A DNA stretch of 64,000 nucleotides from Lingula anatina. Its lineage: Eukaryota; Animalia; Brachiopoda. The translations under genes were made by a program, and so were the position numbers. The notes under the pieces are model-generated. The model saw only the letters and a program-made list of their open reading frames with translations, made no database searches and was not told the origin of the DNA. The stretch is from assembly GCA_051362555.1 (NCBI GenBank), contig JBPQGU010000016.1:4092001-4156000 (forward strand), read 5' to 3'. Shown here piece by piece: positions 37,401 to 52,400 of this stretch (its first letter is position 1; the number at the start of each line of letters is the position of its first letter).

Positions 37401-40400
37401 CATAAAAAATGTGGAAACGCGCCCGGATCACTTCATTAAAGCCCCCAATTTCAGCTTTAAAGATGGCCAAAAAGCACACCTGAGAACAGGATTTGGAGAG
37501 AGGGGGGGTGGAGAGAGTTTTTGCTCTATTTCTTCCTTAATAATGACACAACCACTCTTCCAGCACTTTATTCTGACTACAAATGACCAAACACACCTAC
37601 CAGACACTATAATGAAGAAAAAAATTTTTCAACCCTACCTGGCCAAAATTGAAGAAAACTGCCATATCCGGACCTTACGAAAATCACTCAAAATCACCCA
37701 AAAATGACCCGTCACCAAATTTTCCAAAAAGTGATGAAAATCAATCTACCACACCTGTCATTCATAAAAAATGTGGAAACGCGCCCGGATCACTTCATTA
37801 AAGCCCCCAATTTCAGCTTTAAAGATGGCCAAAAAGCACACCTGAGAACAGGATTTGGAGAGAGGGGGGGTGGAGAGAGTTTTTGCTCTATTTCTTCCTT
37901 AATGACACAACCACTCTTCCAGCACTTTATTCTGACTACAAATGACCAAACACACCTACCAGACACTATAATGAAGAAAAAAATTTTTCAACCCTACCTG
38001 GCCAAAATTGAAGAAAACTGCCATATCCGGACCTTACGAAAATCACTCAAAATCACCCAAAAATGACCCGTCACCAAATTTTCCAAAAAGTGATGAAAAT
38101 CAATCTACCACACCTGTCATTCATAAAAAATGTGGAAACGCGCCCGGATCACTTCATTAAAGCCCCCAATTTCAGCTTTAAAGATGGCCAAAAAGCACAC
38201 CTGAGAACAGGATTTGGAGAGAGGGGGGGTGGAGAGAGTTTTTGCTCTATTTCTTCCTTAATAATGACACAACCACTCTTCCAGCACTTTATTCTGACTA
38301 CAAATGACCAAACACACCTACCAGACACTATAATGAAGAAAAAAATTTTTCAACCCTACCTGGCCAAAATTGAAGAAAACTGCCATATCCGGACCTTACG
38401 AAAATCACTCAAAATCACCCAAAAATGACCCGTCACCAAATTTTCCAAAAAGTGATGAAAATCAATCTACCACACCTGTCATTCATAAAAAATGTGGAAA
38501 CGCGCCCGGATCACTTCATTAAAGCCCCCAATTTCAGCTTTAAAGATGGCCAAAAAGCACACCTGAGAACAGGATTTGGAGAGAGGGGGGGTGGAGAGAG
38601 TTTTTGCTCTATTTCTTCCTTAATAATGACACAACCACTCTTCCAGCACTTTATTCTGACTACAAATGACCAAACACACCTACCAGACACTATAATGAAG
38701 AAAAAAATTTTTCAACCCTACCTGGCCAAAATTGAAGAAAACTGCCATATCCGGACCTTACGAAAATCACTCAAAATCACCTAAAAATGACCCGTCACCA
38801 AATTTTCCAAAAAGTGATGAAAATCAATCTACCACACCTGTCATTCATAAAAAATGTGGAAACGCGCCCGGATCACTTCATTAAAGCCCCCAATTTCAGC
38901 TTTAAAGATGGCCAAAAAGCACACCTGAGAACAGGATTTGGAGAGAGGGGGGGTGGAGAGAGTTTTTGCTCTATTTCTTCCTTAATAATGACACAACCAC
39001 TCTTCCAGCACTTTATTCTGACTACAAATGACCAAACACACCTACCAGACACTATAATGAAGAAAAAAATTTTTCAACCCTACCTGGCCAAAATTGAAGA
39101 AAACTGCCATATCCCGACCTTACGAAAATCACTCAAAATCACCCAAAAATGACCCGTCACCAAATTTTCCAAAAAGTGATGAAAATCAATCTACCACACC
39201 TGTCATTCATAAAAAATGTGGAAACGCGCCCGGATCACTTCATTAAAGCCCCCAATTTCAGCTTTAAAGATGGCCAAAAAGCACACCTGAGAACAGGATT
39301 TGGAGAGAGGGGGGGTGGAGAGAGTTTTTGCTCTATTTCTTCCTTAATAATGACACAACCACTCTTCCAGCACTTTATTCTGACTACAAATGACCAAACA
39401 CACCTACCAGACACTATAATGAAGAAAAAAAATTTTCAACCCTACCTGGCCAAAATTGAAGAAAACTGCCATATCCGGACCTTACGAAAATCACTCAAAA
39501 TCACCCAAAAATATTTCTTCCTTAATAATGACACAACCACTCTTCCAGCACTTTATTCTGACTACAAATGACCAAACACACCTACCAGACACTATAATGA
39601 AGAAAAAAATTTTTCAACCCTACCTGGCCAAAATTGAAGAAAACTGCCATATCCGGACCTTACGAAAATCACTCAAAATCACCCAAAAATGACCCGTCAC
39701 CAAATTTTCCAAAAAGTGATGAAAATCAATCTACCACACCTGTCATTCATAAAAAATGTGGAAACGCGCCCGGATCACTTCATTAAAGCCCCCAATTTCA
39801 GCTTTAAAGATGGCCAAAAAGCACACCTGAGAACAGGATTTGGAGAGAGGGGGGGTGGAGAGAGTTTTTGCTCTATTTCTTCCTTAATAATGACACAACC
39901 ACTCTTCCAGCACTTTATTCTGACTACAAATGACCAAACACACCTACCAGACACTATAATGAAGAAAAAAATTTTTCAACCCTACCTGGCCAAAATTGAA
40001 GAAAACTGCCATATCCGGACCTTACGAAAATCACTCAAAATCACCCAAAAATGACCCGTCACCAAATTTTCCAAAAAGTGATGAAAATCAATCTACCACA
40101 CCTGTCATTCATAAAAAATGTGGAAACGCGCCCGGATCACTTCATTAAAGCCCCCAATTTCAGCTTTAAAGATGGCCAAAAAGCACACCTGAGAACAGGA
40201 TTTGGAGAGAGGGGGGGTGGAGAGAGTTTTTGCTCTATTTCTTCCTTAATAATGACACAACCACTCTTCCAGCACTTTATTCTGACTACAAATGACCAAA
40301 CACACCTACCAGACACTATAATGAAGAAAAAAATTTTTCAACCCTACCTGGCCAAAATTGAAGAAAACTGCCATATCCGGACCTTACGAAAATCACTCAA

Positions 40401-43400
40401 AATCACCCAAAAATGACCCGTCACCAAATTTTCCAAAAAGTGATGAAAATCAATCTACCACACCTGTCATTCATAAAAAATGTGGAAACGCGCCCGGATC
40501 ACTTCATTAAAGCCCCCAATTTCAGCTTTAAAGATGGCCAAAAAGCACACCTGAGAACAGGATTTGGAGAGAGGGGGGGTGGAGAGAGTTTTTGCTCTAT
40601 TTCTTCCTTAATAATGACACAACCACTCTTCCAGCACTTTATTCTGACTACAAATGACCAAACACACCTACCAGACACTATAATGAAGAAAAAAATTTTT
40701 CAACCCTACCTGGCCAAAATTGAAGAAAACTGCCACATCCGGACCTTACGAAAATCACTCAAAATCACCCAAAAATGACCCGTCACCAAATTTTCCAAAA
40801 AGTGATGAAAATCAATCTACCACACCTGTCATTCATAAAAAATGTGGAAACGCGCCCGGATCACTTCATTAAAGCCCCCAATTTCAGCTTTAAAGATGGC
40901 CAAAAAGCACACCTGAGAACAGGATTTGGAGAGAGGGGGGGTGGAGAGAGTTTTTGCTCTATTTCTTCCTTAATAATGACACAACCACTCTTCCAGCACT
41001 TTATTCTGACTACAAATGACCAAACACACCTACCAGACACTATAATGAAGAAAAAAATTTTTCAACCCTACCTGGCCAAAATTGAAGAAAACTGCCATAT
41101 CCGGACCTTACGAAAATCACTCAAAATCACCCAAAAATGACCCGTCACCAAATTTTCCAAAAAGTGATGAAAATCAATCTACCACACCTGTCATTCATAA
41201 AAAATGTGGAAACGCGCCCGGATCACTTCATTAAAGCCCCCAATTTCAGCTTTAAAGATGGCCAAAAAGCACACCTGAGAACAGGATTTGGAGAGAGGGG
41301 GGGTGGAGAGAGTTTTTGCTCTATTTCTTCCTTAATAATGACACAACCACTCTTCCAGCACTTTATTCTGACTACAAATGACCAAACACACCTACCAGAC
41401 ACTATAATGAAGAAAAAAATTTTTCAACCCTACCTGGCCAAAATTGAAGAAAACTGCCATATCCGGACCTTACGAAAATCACTCAAAATCACCCAAAAAT
41501 GACCCGTCACCAAATTTTCCAAAAAGTGATGAAAATCAATCTACCACACCTGTCATTCATAAAAAATGTGGAAACGCGCCCGGATCACTTCATTAAAGCC
41601 CCCAATTTCAGCTTTAAAGATGGCCAAAAAGCACACCTGAGAACAGGATTTGGAGAGAGGGGGGGTGGAGAGAGTTTTTGCTCTATTTCTTCCTTAATAA
41701 TGACACAACCACTCTTCCAGCACTTTATTCTGACTACAAATGACCAAACACACCTACCAGACACTATAATGAAGAAAAAAATTTTTCAACCCTACCTGGC
41801 CAAAATTGAAGACAACTGCCATATCCGGACCTTACGAAAATCACTCAAAATCACCCAAAAATGACCCGTCACCAAATTTTCCAAAAAGTGATGAAAATCA
41901 ATCTACCACACCTGTCATTCATAAAAAATGTGGAAACGCGCCCGGATCACTTCATTAAAGCCCCCAATTTCAGCTTTAAAGATGGCCAAAAAGCACACCT
42001 GAGAACAGGATTTGGAGAGAGGGGGGGTGGAGAGAGTTTTTGCTCTATTTCTTCCTTAATAATGACACAACCACTCTTCCAGCACTTTATTCTGACTACA
42101 AATGACCAAACACACCTACCAGACACTATAATGAAGAAAAAAATTTTTCAACCCTACCTGGCCAAAATTGAAGACAACTGCCACATCCGGACCTTACGAA
42201 AATCACTCAAAATCACCCAAAAATGACCCGTCACCAAATTTTCCAAAAAGTGATGAAAATCAATCTACCACACCTGTCATTCATAAAAAATGTGGAAACG
42301 CGCCCGGATCACTTCATTAAAGCCCCCAATTTCAGCTTTAAAGATGGCCAAAAAGCACACCTGAGAACAGGATTTGGAGAGAGGGGGGGTGGAGAGAGTT
42401 TTTGCTCTATTTCTTCCTTAATAATGACACAACCACTCTTCCAGCACTTTATTCTGACTACAAATGACCAAACACACCTACCAGACACTATAATGAAGAA
42501 AAAAATTTTTCAACCCTACCTGGCCAAAATTGAAGAAAACTGCCATATCCGGACCTTACGAAAATCACTCAAAATCACCCAAAAATGACCCGTCACCAAA
42601 TTTTCCAAAAAGTGATGAAAATCAATCTACCACACCTGTCATTCATAAAAAATGTGGAAACGCGCCCGGATCACTTCATTAAAGCCCCCAATTTCAGCTT
42701 TAAAGATGGCCAAAAAGCACACCTGAGAACAGGATTTGGAGAGAGGGGGGGTGGAGAGAGTTTTTGCTCTATTTCTTCCTTAATAATGACACAACCACTC
42801 TTCCAGCACTTTATTCTGACTACAAATGACCAAACACACCTACCAGACACTATAATGAAGAAAAACATTTTTCAACCCTACCTGGCCAAAATTGAAGAAA
42901 ACTGCCACATCCGGACCTTACGAAAATCACTCAAAATCACCCAAAAATGACCCGTCACCAAATTTTCCAAAAAGTGATGAAAATCAATCTACCACACCTG
43001 TAAAAAATGTGGAAACGCGCCCGGATCACTTCATTAAAGCCCCCAATTTCAGCTTTAAAGATGGCCAAAAAGCACACCTGAGAACAGGATTTGGAGAGAG
43101 GGGGGGTGGAGAGAGTTTTTGCTCTATTTCTTCCTTAATAATGACACAACCACTCTTCCAGCACTTTATTCTGACTACAAATGACCAAACACACCTACCA
43201 GACACTATAATGAAGAAAAAAATTTTTCAACCCTACCTGGCCAAAATTGAAGAAAACTGCCATATCCGGACCTTACGAAAATCACTCAAAATCACCCAAA
43301 AATGACCCGTCACCAAATTTTCCAAAAAGTGATGAAAATCAATCTACCACACCTGTCATTCATAAAAAATGTGGAAACGCGCCCGGATCACTTCATTAAA

Positions 43401-46400
43401 GCCCCCAATTTCAGCTTTAAAGATGGCCAAAAAGCACACCTGAGAACAGGATTTGGAGAGAGGGGGGGGTGGAGAGAGTTTTTGCTCTATTTCTTCCTTA
43501 ATAATGACACAACCACTCTTCCAGCACTTTATTCTGACTACAAATGACCAAACACACCTACCAGACACTATAATGAAGAAAAAAATTTTTCAACCCTACC
43601 TGGCCAAAATTGAAGAAAACTGCCATATCCGGACCTTACGAAAATCACTCAAAATCACCCAAAAATGACCCGTCACCAAATTTTCCAAAAAGTGATGAAA
43701 ATCAATCTACCACACCTGTCATTCATAAAAAATGTGGAAACGCGCCCGGATCACTTCATTAAAGCCCCCAATTTCAGCTTTAAAGATGGCCAAAAAGCAC
43801 ACCTGAGAACAGGATTTGGAGAGAGGGGGGGTGGAGAGAGTTTTTGCTCTATTTCTTCCTTAATAATGACACAACCACTCTTCCAGCACTTTATTCTGAC
43901 TACAAATGACCAAACACACCTACCAGACACTATAATGAAGAAAAAAATTTTTCAACCCTACCTGGCCAAAATTGAAGAAAACTGCCATATCCGGACCTTA
44001 CGAAAATCACTCAAAATCACCCAAAAATGACCCGTCACCAAATTTTCCAAAAAGTGATGAAAATCAATCTACCACACCTGTCATTCATAAAAAATGTGGA
44101 AACGCGCCCGGATCACTTCATTAAAGCCCCCAATTTCAGCTTTAAAGATGGCCAAAAAGCACACCTGAGAACAGGATTTGGAGAGAGGGGGGGTGGAGAG
44201 AGTTTTTGCTCTATTTCTTCCTTAATAATGACACAACCACTCTTCCAGCACTTTATTCTGACTACAAATGACCAAACACACCTACCAGACACTATAATGA
44301 AGAAAAAAATTTTTCAACCCTACCTGGCCAAAATTGAAGAAAACTGCCATATCCGGACCTTACGAAAATCACTCAAAATCACCCAAAAATGACCCGTCAC
44401 CAAATTTTCCAAAAAGTGATGAAAATCAATCTACCACACCTGTCATTCATAAAAAATGTGGAAACGCGCCCGGATCACTTCATTAAAGCCCCCAATTTCA
44501 GCTTTAAAGATGGTCAAAAAGCACACCTGAGAACAGGATTTGGAGAGAGGGGGGGTGGAGAGAGTTTTTGCTCTATTTCTTCCTTAATAATGACACAACC
44601 ACTCTTCCAGCACTTTATTCTGACTACAAATGACCAAACACACCTACCAGACACTATAATGAAGAAAAAAATTTTTCAACCCTACCTGGCCAAAATTGAA
44701 GAAAACTGCCATATCCGGACCTTACGAAAATCACTCAAAATCACCCAAAAATGACCCGTCACCAAATTTTCCAAAAAGTGATGAAAATCAATCTACCACA
44801 CCTGTCATTCATAAAAAATGTGGAAACGCGCCCGGATCACTTCATTAAAGCCCCCAATTTCAGCTTTAAAGATGGCCAAAAAGCACACCTGAGAACAGGA
44901 TTTGGAGAGAGGGGGGGTGGAGAGAGTTTTTGCTCTATTTCTTCCTTAATAATGACACAACCACTCTTCCAGCACTTTATTCTGACTACAAATGACCAAA
45001 CACACCTACCAGACACTATAATGAAGAAAAAAATTTTTCAACCCTACCTGGCCAAAATTGAAGAAAACTGCCATATCCGGACCTTACGAAAATCACTCAA
45101 AATCACCCAAAAATGACCCGTCACCAAATTTTCCAAAAAGTGATGAAAATCAATCTACCACACCTGTCATTCATAAAAAATGTGGAAACGCGCCCGGATC
45201 ACTTCATTAAAGCCCCCAATTTCAGCTTTAAAGATGGCCAAAAAGCACACCTGAGAACAGGATTTGGAGAGAGGGGGGGTGGAGAGAGTTTTTGCTCTAT
45301 TTCTTCCTTAATAATGACACAACCACTCTTCCAGCACTTTATTCTGACTACAAATGACCAAACACACCTACCAGACACTATAATGAAGAAAAAAATTTTT
45401 CAACCCTACCTGGCCAAAATTGAAGAAAACTGCCATATCCGGACCTTACGAAAATCACTCAAAATCACCCAAAAATGACCCGTCACCAAATTTTCCAAAA
45501 AGTGATGAAAATCAATCTACCACACCTGTCATTCATAAAAAATGTGGAAACGCGCCCGGATCACTTCATTAAAGCCCCCAATTTCAGCTTTAAAGATGGC
45601 CAAAAAGCACACCTGAGAACAGGATTTGGAGAGAGGGGGGGTGGAGAGAGTTTTTGCTCTATTTCTTCCTTAATAATGACACAACCACTCTTCCAGCACT
45701 TTATTCTGACTACAAATGACCAAACACACCTACCAGACACTATAATGAAGAAAAAAAATTTTTCAACCCTACCTGGCCAAAATTGAAGAAAACTGCCATA
45801 TCCGGACCTTACGAAAATCACTCAAAATCACCCAAAAATGACCCGTCACCAAATTTTCCAAAAAGTGATGAAAATCAATCTACCACACCTGTCATTCATA
45901 AAAAATGTGGAAACGCGCCCGGATCACTTCATTAAAGCCCCCAATTTCAGCTTTAAAGATGGCCAAAAAGCACACCTGAGAACAGGATTTGGAGAGAGGG
46001 GGGTGTGGAGAGAGTTTTTGCTCTATTTCTTCCTTAATAATGACACAACCACTCTTCCAGCACTTTATTCTGACTACAAATGACCAAACACACCTACCAG
46101 ACACTATAATGAAGAAAAAAATTTTTCAACCCTACCTGGCCAAAATTGAAGAAAACTGCCATATCCGGACCTTACGAAAATCACTCAAAAAATCACCCAA
46201 AAATGACCCGTCACCAAATTTTCCAAAAAGTGATGAAAATCAATCTACCACACCTGTCATTCATAAAAAATGTGGAAACGCGCCCGGATCACTTCATTAA
46301 AGCCCCCAATTTCAGCTTTAAAGATGGCCAAAAAGCACACCTGAGAACAGGATTTGGAGAGAGGGGGGGTGGAGAGAGTTTTTGCTCTATTTCTTCCTTA

Positions 46401-49400
46401 ATAATGACACAACCACTCTTCCAGCACTTTATTCTGACTACAAATGACCAAACACACCTACCAGACACTATAATGAAGAAAAAAATTTTTCAACCCTACC
46501 TGGCCAAAATTGAAGAAAACTGCCATATCCGGACCTTACGAAAATCACTCAAAATCACACAAAAATGACCCGTCACCAAATTTTCCAAAAAGTGATGAAA
46601 ATCAATCTACCACACCTGTCATTCATAAAAAATGTGGAAACGCGCCCGGATCACTTCATTAAAGCCCCCAATTTCAGCTTTAAAGATGGCCAAAAAGCAC
46701 ACCTGAGAACAGGATTTGGAGAGAGGGGGGGTGGAGAGAGTTTTTGCTCTATTTCTTCCTTAATAATGACACAACCACTCTTCCAGCACTTTATTCTGAC
46801 TACAAATGACCAAACACACCTACCAGACACTATAATGAAGAAAAAAATTTTTCAACCCTACCTGGCCAAAATTGAAGAAAACTGCCATATCCGGACCTTA
46901 CGAAAATCACTCAAAATCACCCAAAAATGACCCGTCACCAAATTTTCCAAAAAGTGATGAAAATCAATCTACCACACCTGTCATTCATAAAAAATGTGGA
47001 AACGCGCCCGGATCACTTCATTAAAGCCCCCAATTTCAGCTTTAAAGATGGCCAAAAAGCACACCTGAGAACAGGATTTGGAGAGAGGGGGGGTGGAGAG
47101 AGTTTTTGCTCTATTTCTTCCTTAATAATGACACAACCACTCTTCCAGCACTTTATTCTGACTACAAATGACCAAACACACCTACCAGACACTATAATGA
47201 AGAAAAAAATTTTTCAACCCTACCTGGCCAAAATTGAAGAAAACTGCCATATCCGGACCTTACGAAAATCACTCAAAATCACCCAAAAATGACCCGTCAC
47301 CAAATTTTCCAAAAAGTGATGAAAATCAATCTACCACACCTGTCATTCATAAAAAATGTGGAAACGCGCCCGGATCACTTCATTAAAGCCCCCAATTTCA
47401 GCTTTAAAGATGGCCAAAAAGCACACCTGAGAACAGGATTTGGAGAGAGGGGGGGTGGAGAGAGTTTTTGCTCTATTTCTTCCTTAATAATGACACAACC
47501 ACTCTTCCAGCACTTTATTCTGACTACAAATGACCAAACACACCTACCAGACACTATAATGAAGAAAAAAATTTTTCAACCCTACCTGGCCAAAATTGAA
47601 GAAAACTGCCATATCCGGACCTTACGAAAATCACTCAAAATCACCCAAAAATGACCCGTCACCAAATTTTCCAAAAAGTGATGAAAATCAATCTACCACA
47701 CCTGTCATTCATAAAAAATGTGGAAACGCGCCCGGATCACTTCATTAAAGCCCCCAATTTCAGCTTTAAAGATGGCCAAAAAGCACACCTGAGAACAGGA
47801 TTTGGAGAGAGGGGGGGTGGAGAGAGTTTTTGCTCTATTTCTTCCTTAATAATGACACAACCACTCTTCCAGCACTTTATTCTGACTACAAATGACCAAA
47901 CACACCTACCAGACACTATAATGAAGAAAAAAATTTTTCAACCCTACCTGGCCAAAATTGAAGAAAACTGCCATATCCGGACCTTACGAAAATCACTCAA
48001 AATCACCCAAAAATGACCCGTCACCAAATTTTCCAAAAAGTGATGAAAATCAATCTACCACACCTGTCATTCATAAAAAATGTGGAAACGCGCCCGGATC
48101 ACTTCATTAAAGCCCCCAATTTCAGCTTTAAAGATGGCCAAAAAGCACACCTGAGAACAGGATTTGGAGAGAGGGGGGGTGGAGAGAGTTTTTGCTCTAT
48201 TTCTTCCTTAATAATGACACAACCACTCTTCCAGCACTTTATTCTGACTACAAATGACCAAACACACCTACCAGACACTATAATGAAGAAAAAAATTTTT
48301 CAACCCTACCTGGCCAAAATTGAAGAAAACTGCCATATCCGGACCTTACGAAAATCACTCAAAATCACCCAAAAATGACCCGTCACCAAATTTTCCAAAA
48401 AGTGATGAAAATCAATCTACCACACCTGTCATTCATAAAAAATGTGGAAACGCGCCCGGATCACTTCATTAAAGCCCCCAATTTCAGCTTTAAAGATGGC
48501 CAAAAAGCACACCTGAGAACAGGATTTGGAGAGAGGGGGGGTGGAGAGAGTTTTTGCTCTATTTCTTCCTTAATAATGACACAACCACTCTTCCAGCACT
48601 TTATTCTGACTACAAATGACCAAACACACCTACCAGACACTATAATGAAGAAAAAAATTTTTCAACCCTACCTGGCCAAAATTGAAGAAAACTGCCATAT
48701 CCGGACCTTACGAAAATCACTCAAAATCACCCAAAAATGACCCGTCACCAAATTTTCCAAAAAGTGATGAAAATCAATCTACCACACCTGTCATTCATAA
48801 AAAATGTGGAAACGCGCCCGGATCACTTCATTAAAGCCCCCAATTTCAGCTTTAAAGATGGCCAAAAAGCACACCTGAGAACAGGATTTGGAGAGAGGGG
48901 GGGTGGAGAGAGTTTTTGCTCTATTTCTTCCTTAATAATGACACAACCACTCTTCCAGCACTTTATTCTGACTACAAATGACCAAACACACCTACCAGAC
49001 ACTATAATGAAGAAAAAAATTTTTCAACCCTACCTGGCCAAAATTGAAGAAAACTGCCATATCCGGACCTTACGAAAATCACTCAAAATCACCCAAAAAT
49101 GACCCGTCACCAAATTTTCCAAAAAGTGATGAAAATCAATCTACCACACCTGTCATTCATAAAAAATGTGGAAACGCGCCCGGATCACTTCATTAAAGCC
49201 CCCAATTTCAGCTTTAAAGATGGCCAAAAAGCACACCTGAGAACAGGATTTGGAGAGAGGGGGGGGTGGAGAGAGTTTTTGCTCTATTTCTTCCTTAATA
49301 ATGACACAACCACTCTTCCAGCACTTTATTCTGACTACAAATGACCAAACACACCTACCAGACACTATAATGAAGAAAAAAATTTTTCAACCCTACCTGG

Positions 49401-52400
49401 CCAAAATTGAAGAAAACTGCCATATCCGGACCTTACGAAAATCACTCAAAATCACCCAAAAATGACCCGTCACCAAATTTTCCAAAAAGTGATGAAAATC
49501 AATCTACCACACCTGTCATTCATAAAAAATGTGGAAACGCGCCCGGATCACTTCATTAAAGCCCCCAATTTCAGCTTTAAAGATGGCCAAAAAGCACACC
49601 TGAGAACAGGATTTGGAGAGAGGGGGGGTGGAGAGAGTTTTTGCTCTATTTCTTCCTTAATAATGACACAACCACTCTTCCAGCACTTTATTCTGACTAC
49701 AAATGACCAAACACACCTACCAGACACTATAATGAAGAAAAAAATTTTTCAACCCTACCTGGCCAAAATTGAAGAAAACTGCCATATCCGGACCTTACGA
49801 AAATCACTCAAAATCACCCAAAAATGACCCGTCACCAAATTTTCCAAAAAGTGATGAAAATCAATCTACCACACCTGTCATTCATAAAAAATGTGGAAAC
49901 GCGCCCGGATCACTTCATTAAAGCCCCCAATTTCAGCTTTAAAGATGGCCAAAAAGCACACCTGAGAACAGGATTTGGAGAGAGGGGGGGTGGAGAGAGT
50001 TTTTGCTCTATTTCTTCCTTAATAATGACACAACCACTCTTCCAGCACTTTATTCTGACTACAAATGACCAAACACACCTACCAGACACTATAATGAAGA
50101 AAAAAATTTTTCAACCCTACCTGGCCAAAATTGAAGAAAACTGCCATATCCGGACCTTACGAAAATCACTCAAAATCACCCAAAAATGACCCGTCACCAA
50201 ATTTTCCAAAAAGTGATGAAAATCAATCTACCACACCTGTCATTCATAAAAAATGTGGAAACGCGCCCGGATCACTTCATTAAAGCCCCCAATTTCAGCT
50301 TTAAAGATGGCCAAAAAGCACACCTGAGAACAGGATTTGGAGAGAGGGGGGGTGGAGAGAGTTTTTGCTCTATTTCTTCCTTAATAATGACACAACCACT
50401 CTTCCAGCACTTTATTCTGACTACAAATGACCAAACACACCTACCAGACACTATAATGAAGAAAAAAATTTTTCAACCCTACCTGGCCAAAATTGAAGAA
50501 AACTGCCATATCCGGACCTTACGAAAATCACTCAAAATCACCCAAAAATGACCCGTCACCAAATTTTCCAAAAAGTGATGAAAATCAATCTACCACACCT
50601 GTCATTCATAAAAAATGTGGAAACGCGCCCGGATCACTTCATTAAAGCCCCCAATTTCAGCTTTAAAGATGGCCAAAAAGCACACCTGAGAACAGGATTT
50701 GGAGAGAGGGGGGGTGGAGAGAGTTTTTGCTCTATTTCTTCCTTAATAATGACACAACCACTCTTCCAGCACTTTATTCTGACTACAAATGACCAAACAC
50801 ACCTACCAGACACTATAATGAAGAAAAAAATTTTTCAACCCTACCTGGCCAAAATTGAAGAAAACTGCCATATCCGGACCTTACGAAAATCACTCAAAAT
50901 CACCCAAAAATGACCCGTCACCAAATTTTCCAAAAAGTGATGAAAATCAATCTACCACACCTGTCATTCATAAAAAATGTGGAAACGCGCCCGGATCACT
51001 TCATTAAAGCCCCCAATTTCAGCTTTAAAGATGGCCAAAAAGCACACCTGAGAACAGGATTTGGAGAGAGGGGGGGTGGAGAGAGTTTTTGCTCTATTTC
51101 TTCCTTAATAATGACACAACCACTCTTCCAGCACTTTATTCTGACTACAAATGACCAAACACACCTACCAGACACTATAATGAAGAAAAAAATTTTTCAA
51201 CCCTACCTGGCCAAAATTGAAGAAAACTGCCATATCCGGACCTTACGAAAATCACTCAAAATCACCCAAAAATGACCCGTCACCAAATTTTCCAAAAAGT
51301 GATGAAAATCAATCTACCACACCTGTCATTCATAAAAAATGTGGAAACGCGCCCGGATCACTTCATTAAAGCCCCCAATTTCAGCTTTAAAGATGGCCAA
51401 AAAGCACACCTGAGAACAGGATTTGGAGAGAGGGGGGGTGGAGAGAGTTTTTGCTCTATTTCTTCCTTAATAATGACACAACCACTCTTCCAGCACTTTA
51501 TTCTGACTACAAATGACCAAACACACCTACCAGACACTATAATGAAGAAAAAAATTTTTCAACCCTACCTGGCCAAAATTGAAGAAAACTGCCATATCCG
51601 GACCTTACGAAAATCACTCAAAATCACCCAAAAATGACCCGTCACCAAATTTTCCAAAAAGTGATGAAAATCAATCTACCACACCTGTCATTCATAAAAA
51701 ATGTGGAAACGCGCCCGGATCACTTCATTAAAGCCCCCAATTTCAGCTTTAAAGATGGCCAAAAAGCACACCTGAGAACAGGATTTGGAGAGAGGGGGGG
51801 TGGAGAGAGTTTTTGCTCTATTTCTTCCTTAATAATGACACAACCACTCTTCCAGCACTTTATTCTGACTACAAATGACCAAACACACCTACCAGACACT
51901 ATAATGAAGAAAAAAATTTTTCAACCCTACCTGGCCAAAATTGAAGAAAACTGCCATATCCGGACCTTACGAAAATCACTCAAAATCACCCAAAAATGAC
52001 CCGTCACCAAATTTTCCAAAAAGTGATGAAAATCAATCTACCACACCTGTCATTCATAAAAAATGTGGAAACGCGCCCGGATCACTTCATTAAAGCCCCC
52101 AATTTCAGCTTTAAAGATGGCCAAAAAGCACACCTGAGAACAGGATTTGGAGAGAGGGGGGGTGGAGAGAGTTTTTGCTCTATTTCTTCCTTAATAATGA
52201 CACAACCACTCTTCCAGCACTTTATTCTGACTACAAATGACCAAACACACCTACCAGACACTATAATGAAGAAAAAAATTTTTCAACCCTACCTGGCCAA
52301 AATTGAAGAAAACTGCCATATCCGGACCTTACGAAAATCACTCAAAATCACCCAAAAATGACCCGTCACCAAATTTTCCAAAAAGTGATGAAAATCAATC

